Source of the DNA: an uncultured Verrucomicrobiae bacterium
Lineage (GTDB): Bacteria; Verrucomicrobiota; Verrucomicrobiia; Limisphaerales; Palsa-1400
Assembly (NCBI GenBank): GCA_963707025.1
Contig: CAVPOM010000015.1
Span: forward strand, 1 to 64,000
Reading direction: 5' to 3'
DNA: 64,000 nucleotides
The notes beneath the pieces were generated by a model that saw only the letters and a program-made list of their open reading frames with translations, had not been told where the DNA came from and ran no database searches. The position numbers and the translations under genes were made by a program. This document shows, one piece after another, positions 48,598 through 57,537 of this stretch (positions within the stretch are counted from its first letter, which is position 1; every line of letters begins with the position of its first letter).

Positions 48598-51186
48598 ATG
48601 TTCCATCACCCATCGTCACAAACGAACCGGCGCCACTCCATCATTTTCCGATCTCCCGCATTCCGGGGATTCCGTCTGTGTTTCATCGCCGCTCTTTTTG
48701 GCGCGGCGGCTTCGCTGGCGGCGGCGGATCAACCGCGCCAGCGTCTCACCGCGGATTTTGGCTGGCGGTTCAACAAGGGCGACACGCCGGGCGCGGAGCA
48801 GGCCGCCTTCGATGACGCCGCCTGGCGCAAATTGGATCTGCCCCACGACTGGAGCATCGAAGGGCCTTACACGGCGACCGACCCGACCGGCGGCTCCGGC
48901 GGCTCCCTGCCGACGGGGATTGGCTGGTATCGCCGGGCCTTCACCGCGCCGGAGGATTGGCGCGGAAAGAAGGTGTTCGTGGAATTTGACGGCGTCTATC
49001 AGAACAGCGATGTCTGGCTCAACGGCCAGCTTCTGGGGCACCGGCCCTTCGGCTACATCAGTTTCGAGTACGACCTCACGCCGCATTTGAAATTCGGCCA
49101 AACCAACCTTCTCGCCGTCCGCGTGGACAACTCGCGCCAGCCCAACAGCCGCTGGTATTCCGGCTCCGGCATTTACCGGCATGTCTGGGTGACGATCACC
49201 GACCCCTTGCATGTTGCGCATTGGGGAACTTATGTCACCACGCCCAAAGTCTCCGCCAGCTCGGCCGCTGTGCGCGTGCGAACGCAGGTGCAAAACGATT
49301 CGACCGGCCCGCGCGAAGTGACGCTCCTGACCCAAATCTTCAACGCCAAGGGCGCCGTCGTGGCGGGCGGGGAAACCAACCAAACCCTCGCCGCCGGCGC
49401 GAGCCAGGAATCGGACCAGAGCTTTGAGGTGGCCCAAGCGGCGCTTTGGTCGCCCGACTCCCCCAATCTTTACTCCGTGCGGAGCGTGGTCAAATCCGGC
49501 GCGCAAGTGGCCGATGAATTCACCACTCCGTTCGGCATCCGCGAAATCGCCTATGACGTGAACAAGGGTTTTCTCCTCAATGGGCAGCCGGTGAAAATGC
49601 AGGGCATGTGCATTCATCACGAGGCCGGCGCGGTCGGGGCGGCGGTGCCCATCGGCGTTTGGGCGCGGCGCTTGCAGGAGTTGAAGGAGATGGGTTGCAA
49701 CGCCATCCGCCTGAGCCACAATCCGCCCGCGCCCGAATTGCTCGGTCTGCTTGACAGCATGGGTTTTCTCGTCATGGACGAATCGTTTGACGAGTGGAAA
49801 AGCGCCAAGGTGCGGCAAGGTTACGCGAACTATTTCGACGAATGGTCGCAGCGGGATCTCACCGACATGCTGCGCCGCGACCGCAATCATCCCGGCATCG
49901 TCCTCTGGAGCGTGGGCAACGAAATCGGCGAACAAACCCGCCCCAATGGCGCGGACATCCTGCGCCCCCTGGTGGAGACCTGCCATCGCGAAGACCCCAC
50001 CCGGCCCGTCACCGCCGCGTGCGACAATGTTTTCACCGACCACGCCAGCGCGACGCCCGAATTCCTCAATCTTCTGGACGTTGTCGGCTATAATTATGTG
50101 GACCGCTGGGGAACCCGGCGCGAAACCATGTATGACGACGACCGCCATGCCTTCCCGCAACGCAAGGTCGTCGGCACGGAAAGCGCCGTCGTCGGCAGCC
50201 GCGGCGATTATTCCCTGGGCGGCGCATTGGACGCGGGCGGCGGCGGTTTTGGCCCCGGCGGCCGCGGCGGTTTCGGCGGCGGAAGCGGCCCGCGCCCGGC
50301 CGGATACCTCCTGTCCATGATCCGCGCCGAGCAACTCTGGAAGTATGTCCGCGTCCACGATTTCGTCATCGGCGACTTCGGCTGGACCGGGATTGATTAC
50401 CTGGGCGAGTCGCGTTGGCCGGCCAAACTCGCCGCCAGCGGCATGCTCAACACTTGCGGGTTTCCCAAGGACAACTACTACTTCTACCAAAGCCAGTGGA
50501 CGACCAATTTGATGCTGCACCTGTTCCCGCATTGGAACTGGCCGGGCCAGGAAGGGCGGGTCATCCCGGTGGTTTGCTATACCAGTTGCGACACCGTTGA
50601 ACTTTTTTTGAACGGCAAAAGTTTCGGCGTCAAGTCGCTGGAATTTCCCCGCCAGGGGACCGCCGGCGGATGGAACACCTACGCCCGGCCGGAGCAGCCC
50701 GCCGGCACCACCGCCGATCTGCACCTGGCGTGGGATGTTCCTTACGAGGCGGGAACCCTCAAGGCGGTCGGCTACAAATACGGCCGGCAAGTGTGCCTGG
50801 AGGAAGTCCGCACCGCGGGCGTGCCTGCGGCGGTGGTCCTGACCCCGGACCGCTCCCGCCTGGCGGCCGACGCGCGCGACGTGGCGCATCTCGCCATAAA
50901 AATTGTTGACGCCCAGGGCGCCCCCGTGCCGGGCGCGACCAACCTGGTCACCTTTGACCTGCAAGGCCCGGCCTCCCTCATCGGCGTGGACAACGGCAAC
51001 CCGGTCAGCCACGAAGACTACAAAGCCGCGCAGCGGCAGGCCTTCCACGGCCTCTGCCTCGCCATCCTTCAGTCCACCCGCCAGGCCGGCCTCATCCGGG
51101 TCACCGCCCGCGCCGCCGGACTCAAGGAGTCAAGCATTGAATTGCAGGCCCAGGCCCCGGCCGCGGCAGAGCCGGTGCTGCCGTGA
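48598..51186 (+). CDS. Secreted GH2 glycoside hydrolase (beta-galactosidase-like)
   Basis: LPHDWSIE, EFDGVY, SRWYSGSGIYR, IRLSHNP, WSVGNE acid/base, GTE nucleophile region, GVDNGNP. Confidence 0.93.
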   Translation: MFHHPSSQTNRRHSIIFRSPAFRGFRLCFIAALFGAAASLAAADQPRQRLTADFGWRFNKGDTPGAEQAAFDDAAWRKLDLPHDWSIEGPYTATDPTGGSGGSLPTGIGWYRRAFTAPEDWRGKKVFVEFDGVYQNSDVWLNGQLLGHRPFGYISFEYDLTPHLKFGQTNLLAVRVDNSRQPNSRWYSGSGIYRHVWVTITDPLHVAHWGTYVTTPKVSASSAAVRVRTQVQNDSTGPREVTLLTQIFNAKGAVVAGGETNQTLAAGASQESDQSFEVAQAALWSPDSPNLYSVRSVVKSGAQVADEFTTPFGIREIAYDVNKGFLLNGQPVKMQGMCIHHEAGAVGAAVPIGVWARRLQELKEMGCNAIRLSHNPPAPELLGLLDSMGFLVMDESFDEWKSAKVRQGYANYFDEWSQRDLTDMLRRDRNHPGIVLWSVGNEIGEQTRPNGADILRPLVETCHREDPTRPVTAACDNVFTDHASATPEFLNLLDVVGYNYVDRWGTRRETMYDDDRHAFPQRKVVGTESAVVGSRGDYSLGGALDAGGGGFGPGGRGGFGGGSGPRPAGYLLSMIRAEQLWKYVRVHDFVIGDFGWTGIDYLGESRWPAKLAASGMLNTCGFPKDNYYFYQSQWTTNLMLHLFPHWNWPGQEGRVIPVVCYTSCDTVELFLNGKSFGVKSLEFPRQGTAGGWNTYARPEQPAGTTADLHLAWDVPYEAGTLKAVGYKYGRQVCLEEVRTAGVPAAVVLTPDRSRLAADARDVAHLAIKIVDAQGAPVPGATNLVTFDLQGPASLIGVDNGNPVSHEDYKAAQRQAFHGLCLAILQSTRQAGLIRVTARAAGLKESSIELQAQAPAAAEPVLP

Positions 51187-51193
51187 CCCACCG

Positions 51194-51405
51194 GCCGCCT
51201 CACTGAAAAACCCGCGGCTGCATTGGGCAGCTCGCGAGCCGCCAAACCACGACAACCGATTGCTGTTCCCTCTCCCTGCGGGAGAGGGTCAGGGTGAGGG
51301 GCCGAGTCAACTATAAACCTGGAATTTGATGCATGGCTCGACCTCACCCCTGCCCTCTCCTCCAGGAGAGGGAGAATCGTCCGCCGCCTCACTGAAAATC
51401 CCGCG
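51194..51405. repeat. CCCTCTCC-type REP palindromes between 23-bp direct repeats
   Basis: GCCGCCTCACTGAAAA(A/T)CCCGCG at 51194 and 51383; internal CCCTCTCCC...GGGAGAGGG hairpins. Confidence 0.75.
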
Positions 51406-51478
51406 TCTTTTTGTCTCGGATCCCGCCTCTTTGCCGTCGTCCGCCCGTGGAGCAATCCGCGACAAAGGCGTCGCTCAT
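51389..51478 (-). pseudogene. VapC/PIN toxin stub
   Basis: MSDAFVADCS N-terminus; removing the IS630 recreates a TAATG stop/start overlap with the Phd antitoxin. Confidence 0.65.
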
Positions 51479-51480
51479 TA

Positions 51481-52484
51481 GAGCGTTTCCATAAATGATA
51501 TAGCTTGACTGGGGCGAGAGGGCTGGCAGGCTTGAGCCATGCGAGCGATACCCGTGTCTGCGCGCGAGCGCATCCTGCAACTCTATGAACAAGGCAAAAG
51601 CACCCGCGAGATCGCGGACTTTTTCGGCTTTTGCGTGGCGGCGGTGCGCCGGGTCCGGCAGCAGTTCCAAGAGCGCGGCACGCTCCAGCCGCAAACCCAT
51701 TTGTGCGGGCGCAAAACGCTGCTGAACGCCGGACGCCAGGCTCGCCTGCAAAAGCTGGTGGCGGCCCAGCCCGACGCGACGTTGGCCGAGTTGGGGGCGC
51801 GTCTGGACCGCCCTTTCGGGACCTCCACTGTGGATTTGTGGCTGCGCAAACTGGGGTTGAGCTATAAAAAAAACGCTCTGCGCCGCCGAGCAGAACCGTC
51901 CGGACGTGGCCGAAAAGCGGGCCCATTGGCATGAGCGTCTGGCAAGTGACCCACCTGCCCGACTGGTCTTCGTGGATGAAAGCGGGGCCAACACCAAGAT
52001 GACCCGTTTTTGCGGGCGGTCACCCGTGGGCCGAAGACTGGCGGCCCACGTCCCGCAGGGACATTATCAGACCACCACCCTGGTCTGCGCCATTCGTCTG
52101 GCCGGGCCTGCGGCCCCCTGCCTCTTTGAGGGGGCCATGGACGGGGAAATGTTTTTGGCCTGGATCCAGCAGGGGCTGGTGGTGGAGTTGCGCAAGGGTG
52201 ACTTGGTCATCATGGACAACTTGGCCACGCATAAGGTGACCGGAGTCCGCCAAGCCATCGAAGAGGCCGGGGCAACGCTGCTGTATCTGCCGCCCTATTC
52301 GCCAGACTTTAATCCCATCGAAAATATGTGGAGCAAGGTCAAACAAATTATGCGAGGTCTCGCGCCGCGAACCGCCAAGGAACTGCTCCAAGCGGCGAAG
52401 ATTGCCTTTGAAGCCATCTCCACCGCCGATTGCCGGGGCTTCTTTTTAAACGCCCGCTACGCTACATGATTTATGGAAATGCTC
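51481..52484 (+). mobile_element. IS630-family insertion sequence
   Basis: 24-bp TIRs GAGC(G/A)TTTCCATAAAT(G/C)AT(A/G)TAGC (21/24); TA duplication at 51479-80 and 52485-86. Confidence 0.95.
51539..52469 (+). CDS. IS630 transposase, two ORFs joined by a -1 frameshift at A8 (51866-51873)
   Basis: N-terminal HTH; FVDESG, MDNLATH, YLPPYSPDFNPIE; slippage gives YKKKTL. Confidence 0.93.
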
Positions 52485-52744
52485 TAGCGGCCCTCTTCCA
52501 CGAAAGACTTGAACTCCTTCCAGGAAATAGGGGGCTTGTCCCCGCGAAAAACGGCGATTTCCCGCTGTAGGGCTTCCAAACCTTCGCCAGCCCGGCGCAC
52601 TGCCGCCAGCGTGCTGCCCGCCGCGGGGATCAGCCGGGCCACAGGTTTCTCATGGCGGGTGATGATGATTTCTTCGCCGCCAACCACCCGGTCCAAAAGC
52701 TCGCCAAACTTGGTTTTTGCTTCAAATGCGGGAACGGTTGCCAT
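52484..52744 (-). CDS. Phd/YefM-family antitoxin
   Basis: AFEAKTKFGELLDRV...GEEIIITRHEKPVARLIP. Confidence 0.92.
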   Translation of the reverse strand: MATVPAFEAKTKFGELLDRVVGGEEIIITRHEKPVARLIPAAGSTLAAVRRAGEGLEALQREIAVFRGDKPPISWKEFKSFVEEGR

Positions 52745-52914
52745 ATTTATTGACACTTAAATCAATCGGTTAATTTTGGAAACTCATTTTCCGCCTGCTT
52801 GTTTTGCTTGATTTGCCGGGCCAATGCACCTTGCATTGGGGAAATTAAATCACAACCCATGCGCAAGCCTTTCCCAATCTTGCGGGCGCCCGCCCGCCGG
52901 CAACCATCCCGAAC

Positions 52915-54417
52915 ATGAGCACCCAACGCGTCTGCCTGGCCGTGGACCTCGGCGCCAACAGCGGCCGGGTCCTGGCCGGAATCCATGACGGCGGCCTCCT
53001 GGAATTGCGGGAGCTGGTTCGTTTCTCCAATGACCCGGTCAAGACGGCGGACGGCTGGCATTGGAACATGGAGGCCCTTTTCGCCAGCATCAAAACCGGC
53101 ATCGCCCAGGCCGCGCGCCAATTCGGCCCCGCCCTGGTCTCCGTGGGCGTGGACACCTGGGGCGTGGACTACGCCCTGCTCGACGCCGATGGCAATTTGC
53201 TGGGCGCGCCCTTTCAATATCGCGATGCCCGCACCGGCGGCATGCAGGAGGAAGCCTTCCGCCGAATGCCCGCCCGCGAAATCTACCGCCGCACCGGCAT
53301 TCAGTTCATGTTCTTCAACACCATCTTTCAATTGCTGGCCGAAGCCCGTTCCCCGGCCCGCCTGCTGGAAAAGGCCGGCTGCCTCCTGTTCATCCCGGAC
53401 CTGGTGAATTTTTGGCTGGCCGGCGCCCGCGCCAACGAACGCTCCTTCGCCAGCACCAGTCAATTATATAACCCTCGCGCCCGCGACTGGGACCGCGAGC
53501 TGCTCGCCGCCATGGGCCTGCCCGCCCGCCTCTTCGGCCCGCTGACCGAGGCCGGCACCAGGCTCGGCCCGCTGCGGCCGGAGATTGCGGCGGAGACCGG
53601 CGCCGCCGGCGTGCAAGTCATCGCCCCCGCCGAGCACGACACCGCTTCCGCCGTGGTGGGCGTGCCGGCGGAGGGGGCGGAGCCGGTTTTCCTCAGCTCC
53701 GGCACCTGGTCGGTGTTCGGCCGCGAACTGGCTGCGCCGGTCATCTCCGAAGCGAGCGAAAACGCCAATTTTTCCAACGAAGGCGGCGTCTTTGGCACGA
53801 CCCGCTTTCTGAAAAACATCGCCGGCATGTGGCTCCTGCAGGAATGCAAACGCGCCTGGGACGCCGCCGGAAAAACAACCGCCTACGAATCCCTCGCCGC
53901 CCAAGCCGCCCAGGCCCCGCCGTTTGCCGCGTTGATTGATCCCGACGCTCCCGAATTCCAGGCCCCGGCCGACATGCCCGGCGCCATCGCCGCCTTTTGC
54001 CGCCGCACCGGCCAGACCGCGCCGGCGGAAACCGGCGCGTTCACCCGCATGATTCTGGAAAGTCTGGCCTTGAAGTATCGGCGGACCACGGAACTTTTGG
54101 CGCAGGTGACGGCCCAGCCCGTCTCCGCCATTCACATTGTCGGCGGCGGCTCGCAGAACCATCTTCTCAACCAATTTGCCGCCGACGCGACCGCCTGCCG
54201 CATCGTGGCCGGCCCGGTGGAAGCCACCTCCATTGGCAACATCCTCATGCAACTTTACGCCTTGGGCGCGATCGGTTCATTGGCCGAAGGCCGCGCCCTG
54301 ACCCGCCGTTCCTTTGCCACAAAGACCTTCGAGCCGCGCGCCACCGCCGCCTGGGACAAAGCTTACACGCGTTTCCAAAAATTCCTGCCGCCGGCAGGAA
54401 GACGGGCCGCTTCCTAA
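52915..54417 (+). CDS. rhaB: Rhamnulokinase (FGGY family)
   Basis: AVDLGANSGR, DTWGVDY, YRDART, HDTASAV, SSGTWS, GPVEAT. Confidence 0.9.
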   Translation: MSTQRVCLAVDLGANSGRVLAGIHDGGLLELRELVRFSNDPVKTADGWHWNMEALFASIKTGIAQAARQFGPALVSVGVDTWGVDYALLDADGNLLGAPFQYRDARTGGMQEEAFRRMPAREIYRRTGIQFMFFNTIFQLLAEARSPARLLEKAGCLLFIPDLVNFWLAGARANERSFASTSQLYNPRARDWDRELLAAMGLPARLFGPLTEAGTRLGPLRPEIAAETGAAGVQVIAPAEHDTASAVVGVPAEGAEPVFLSSGTWSVFGRELAAPVISEASENANFSNEGGVFGTTRFLKNIAGMWLLQECKRAWDAAGKTTAYESLAAQAAQAPPFAALIDPDAPEFQAPADMPGAIAAFCRRTGQTAPAETGAFTRMILESLALKYRRTTELLAQVTAQPVSAIHIVGGGSQNHLLNQFAADATACRIVAGPVEATSIGNILMQLYALGAIGSLAEGRALTRRSFATKTFEPRATAAWDKAYTRFQKFLPPAGRRAAS

Positions 54418-54492
54418 TCTTAATCCTAATCCTAATCTTAATCTCCTCCCCGCAATAATGGATTAAGATTAAGATTAGGATTAAGATTAAGA
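54415..54492. repeat. Inverted hexamer arrays (TAATCY)n / (RGATTA)n forming a long hairpin after rhaB
   Basis: Read directly; the array starts at the rhaB TAA. Confidence 0.85.
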
Positions 54493-54589
54493 GGAATGGG
54501 ACGAGGCCAATGCCCCCCGCGCCGCCGCTTTGGTTGGCGCCGCGGCAATTCCTTTGCAAAATGGCGCGCGAAACCTTACGCTGCCCGCC

Positions 54590-55471
54590 ATGTTTACTGG
54601 AACTTACACGGCCATTGTCACCCCTTTCAAAAATGGCGAGATTGACGCCGACGCCCTCCGCCGCCTGGTCCGCGCGCAAATCAACGCGGGGGTGGACGGC
54701 ATTGTGCCGGTGGGCACGACCGGCGAATCTGCCACCCTGGATTATGAGGAGCATATCGAAGTCATTGCCTACGCGGTGGAATTTGCCGAGGGCCGGATCC
54801 AAGTCCTGGCCGGCACCGGCTCCAACTCCACCAGCGAGGCGGTCTATCTGAGCAAAGGGGCGGAAAAAGTGGGGGCCGACGCCTCCCTCCAGGTCGCTCC
54901 CTATTACAACAAGCCCACCCAGGAGGGCCTTTACCAGCATTTCCTGGAAATCAGCCGCGCCAGCAAGCTGCCCATTATACTGTACAGCATCCCCTCCCGC
55001 ACCGGCGTGGAAATCGCGGTGGACACCGTTCGCCGCCTGGCCGCGGCCACGCCCCGCATCGTCGGCATCAAGGAAGCCGGCGGCAACCCCGACCGCGTTA
55101 CCCAGTTGCGCGCCGCCCTGGGCAAGAATTTCACCATCCTCTCCGGCGACGACTCGTTGACCCTGCCCTTCATGGCCCTGGGCGCCCACGGAGTCATCAG
55201 CGTCGCCTCCAACATCATCCCCCGGCCCGTGGCCCACCTGGTCCGCGCCGCCGCCGCCGGTGATTACGCCAGGGCGCGCAAGCTGCACGATCAATTCCAT
55301 CCCCTGTTCCGCGATTTATTCCTCGAAACCAATCCCATTCCCGTCAAAGCCGCCCTGGCCATGATGGGGCAAATCGAAGAAGAATACCGCTCGCCCCTGG
55401 TTCCGATGAACCCGAAAAACCGCGGCCTTCTCAAAGCCACCCTCGCCCGCTGCGGCCTTCTCTCCCAATGA
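54590..55471 (+). CDS. dapA: 4-hydroxy-tetrahydrodipicolinate synthase
   Basis: GTTGES, PYYNKP, GIKEA, SGDD, TNPIPVK. Confidence 0.96.
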   Translation: MFTGTYTAIVTPFKNGEIDADALRRLVRAQINAGVDGIVPVGTTGESATLDYEEHIEVIAYAVEFAEGRIQVLAGTGSNSTSEAVYLSKGAEKVGADASLQVAPYYNKPTQEGLYQHFLEISRASKLPIILYSIPSRTGVEIAVDTVRRLAAATPRIVGIKEAGGNPDRVTQLRAALGKNFTILSGDDSLTLPFMALGAHGVISVASNIIPRPVAHLVRAAAAGDYARARKLHDQFHPLFRDLFLETNPIPVKAALAMMGQIEEEYRSPLVPMNPKNRGLLKATLARCGLLSQ

Positions 55472-56202
55472 CCCGCCTCATCATCGCCGGCGCCAAGGGC
55501 CGCATGGGCCAGGCCCTGCTGCGCTGCTCCCAAGCCGACCCCGGCCTGGCCATCGCCGCCCAGTTCGATCTGGGGCAGGACCTGCGCCAGTTTATCGCGG
55601 GCGGCGACGTGGTCATTGATTTTACCTTCCACCAAAGCACAGGCCCGCTGGCCGGAATCTGCGCCGAACACAAAAAACCCATGGTCATCGGCACCACCGG
55701 CCATACCGACACCGAACAACAGGAGCTGATCCGGCTCTCCGCGCTAATCCCGCTGGTCTGGAGCGCGAATTTTTCCACCGGCGTCAACGCGTTATTTTGG
55801 TTGACACGCAAGGCGGCCGAAATTCTGGGGCCGGAATTCGACGTGGAAATCATCGAAATGCACCATCGCTTGAAGAAGGACGCCCCCAGCGGCACGGCCA
55901 AAAAGCTGGCCCAAATCGTCGCGGCCGCGCGCCGCCAGCCGCCCGCCGCCCTGCTCCGTCATGGCCGGGAGGGTTTGGTGGGCGAGCGCACCCGCGGCGA
56001 AATCGGCCTCCACTCCCTGCGCGGCGGCGATGTCGTGGGCGATCACACCGTCCTTTTCGCCGCGGCGGGGGAACGGCTGGAGTTGACCCACAAAGCCTCC
56101 AACCGCGAGACCTTTGCCAGCGGCGCCTTGCGCGCCGCCCAATGGGTCGTTGGAAAAAAACCCGGCATCTATGATATGCAGGACGTTTTGGGCCTGCGTT
56201 AG
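55468..56202 (+). CDS. dapB: 4-hydroxy-tetrahydrodipicolinate reductase
   Basis: GAKGRMG, IGTTG, EMHHRLKKDAPSGTA. Confidence 0.96.
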   Translation: MTRLIIAGAKGRMGQALLRCSQADPGLAIAAQFDLGQDLRQFIAGGDVVIDFTFHQSTGPLAGICAEHKKPMVIGTTGHTDTEQQELIRLSALIPLVWSANFSTGVNALFWLTRKAAEILGPEFDVEIIEMHHRLKKDAPSGTAKKLAQIVAAARRQPPAALLRHGREGLVGERTRGEIGLHSLRGGDVVGDHTVLFAAAGERLELTHKASNRETFASGALRAAQWVVGKKPGIYDMQDVLGLR

Positions 56203-56291
56203 CTCCGGACTTCCCGATGTCCCCTTCCCCGCAATCGCCAATCCGCCATAGTTCCGCACAACGGGATGACGGCGGAAATCCGCAATCCTCA

Positions 56292-56808
56292 ATGGCCTTC
56301 GTGGCCCTGGGCTCCAATCTGGGCGACCGGCGCCAGAACGTCCTCCGCGCCCTCCTCCTGTTGCAAGCCCTCTCCGACAGGCCGCTGCTCCGCTCCTCCC
56401 TGTGGGAAACCACCCCGGTGGACTGCCCGCCCGGCTCGCCCCGCTTCATCAACGCCGTGGCCGGCCTGGTGCCGCGCGCCGCCGAAACCCCGCGCTCCTT
56501 GGTGGCCGGCTTGCAGTCCCTGGAAAAAAAAATCGGACGCCCGCCCAAAAAAATCCTCAATGAACCCCGCGTGATTGACCTGGATTTGATCGCTTTTGGC
56601 GGGCAAATCCTGGCCGCGCCCGAACTTGGTCCTGCCCCATCCGCGCGCCCACCTGCGCCGCTTCGTCCTGCAGCCACTCGGCGAAATTGCGCCGGACTGC
56701 ATTCTCCCCGGCCAGGACAAAACCGTGGCGGAATTGCTGCAAGCGCTGGATTCGTCCGAAACCCTCCGGCGCGTACCCGATCCGTCTCCCCAAGCCAACC
56801 CCATCTAA
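56292..56808 (+). CDS. folK: HPPK FolK, with a 1-nt insertion near 56627 (probably a sequencing error)
   Basis: ALGSNLGD...PRVIDLDLI and LPHPRAHLRRFVLQPL are in different frames; removing one base in CTTGGTC joins them. Confidence 0.88.
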
Positions 56809-56860
56809 TCCCATTCTTAATCTTAATCTTAATCCTAATCTTAATCCTAATCCTAATCCT
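56806..56860 (+). repeat. (TAATCY)n hexamer array starting at the folK stop codon
   Basis: Read directly. Confidence 0.85.
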
Positions 56861-56880
56861 ATGGCGAAGGCCTCTTCATT

Positions 56881-57450
56881 ATGACGGCCATTTCGGACAA
56901 AACGATCATCGTGTGCTGGGTCCTTTTCATCCTGTATTGGATCGTCAGCGCGCGCGCCCTCAAACCGGCCGCCGAGCGGCAAAGCCGGTTGTCCAGTTTT
57001 GCAAATCGCCTCCCTCTCGGTCTGGGCTACTTTCTCCTTTTGTTCCGGGGCCTGCCCTATCCGCTCAACCGGGCGCTGACACCGGAGACGGGGCCGGCGC
57101 GGGCCGTCGGGGCCGTCCTTTGCCTGCTGGGGTTGGTGGTGGCGATCTGGTCGCGCCGGACCCTGGCCGGCAATTGGAGCAGCAACGTCACCTTCAGGCA
57201 GGGCCACCAACTCATTCAAACCGGGCCGTACCGCTTCGCCCGGCATCCCATCTATTCCGGCCTGCTCGGGATGAGTCTGGGCACCGCCCTCGCGGGCGGA
57301 CAACTTCGCTCCTGGCTCGGGTTTCTGGCCGTAGGCGCCGCCCTGTGGATCAAACTCACCCAGGAAGAATCTCTGATGCTGCGGCACTTTCCCGACACTT
57401 ATTCTTCCTACCGTGTCCGCGTCAAAGCCATCGTCCCGTTTATCCTCTAA
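56881..57450 (+). CDS. Isoprenylcysteine carboxyl methyltransferase (ICMT/PEMT) family protein
   Basis: LAGNWS, HQLIQTGPYRFARHPIYSG, EESLM...Y..Y. Confidence 0.9.
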   Translation: MTAISDKTIIVCWVLFILYWIVSARALKPAAERQSRLSSFANRLPLGLGYFLLLFRGLPYPLNRALTPETGPARAVGAVLCLLGLVVAIWSRRTLAGNWSSNVTFRQGHQLIQTGPYRFARHPIYSGLLGMSLGTALAGGQLRSWLGFLAVGAALWIKLTQEESLMLRHFPDTYSSYRVRVKAIVPFIL

Positions 57451-57537
57451 AAGCTCCACCCCTTCCTTGATGAAGGCCAATTCCTTAAGACCGGTTCGTT
57501 GACCCATTCGTCAGACAGCGGCCCCTTTCATGCGGTC

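Noticed and set aside
48598..54417. Rhamnose/galactoside utilisation locus
   Set aside because: Only GH2 and rhaB are present, separated by repeats, an IS and a TA remnant; no isomerase, aldolase or transporter
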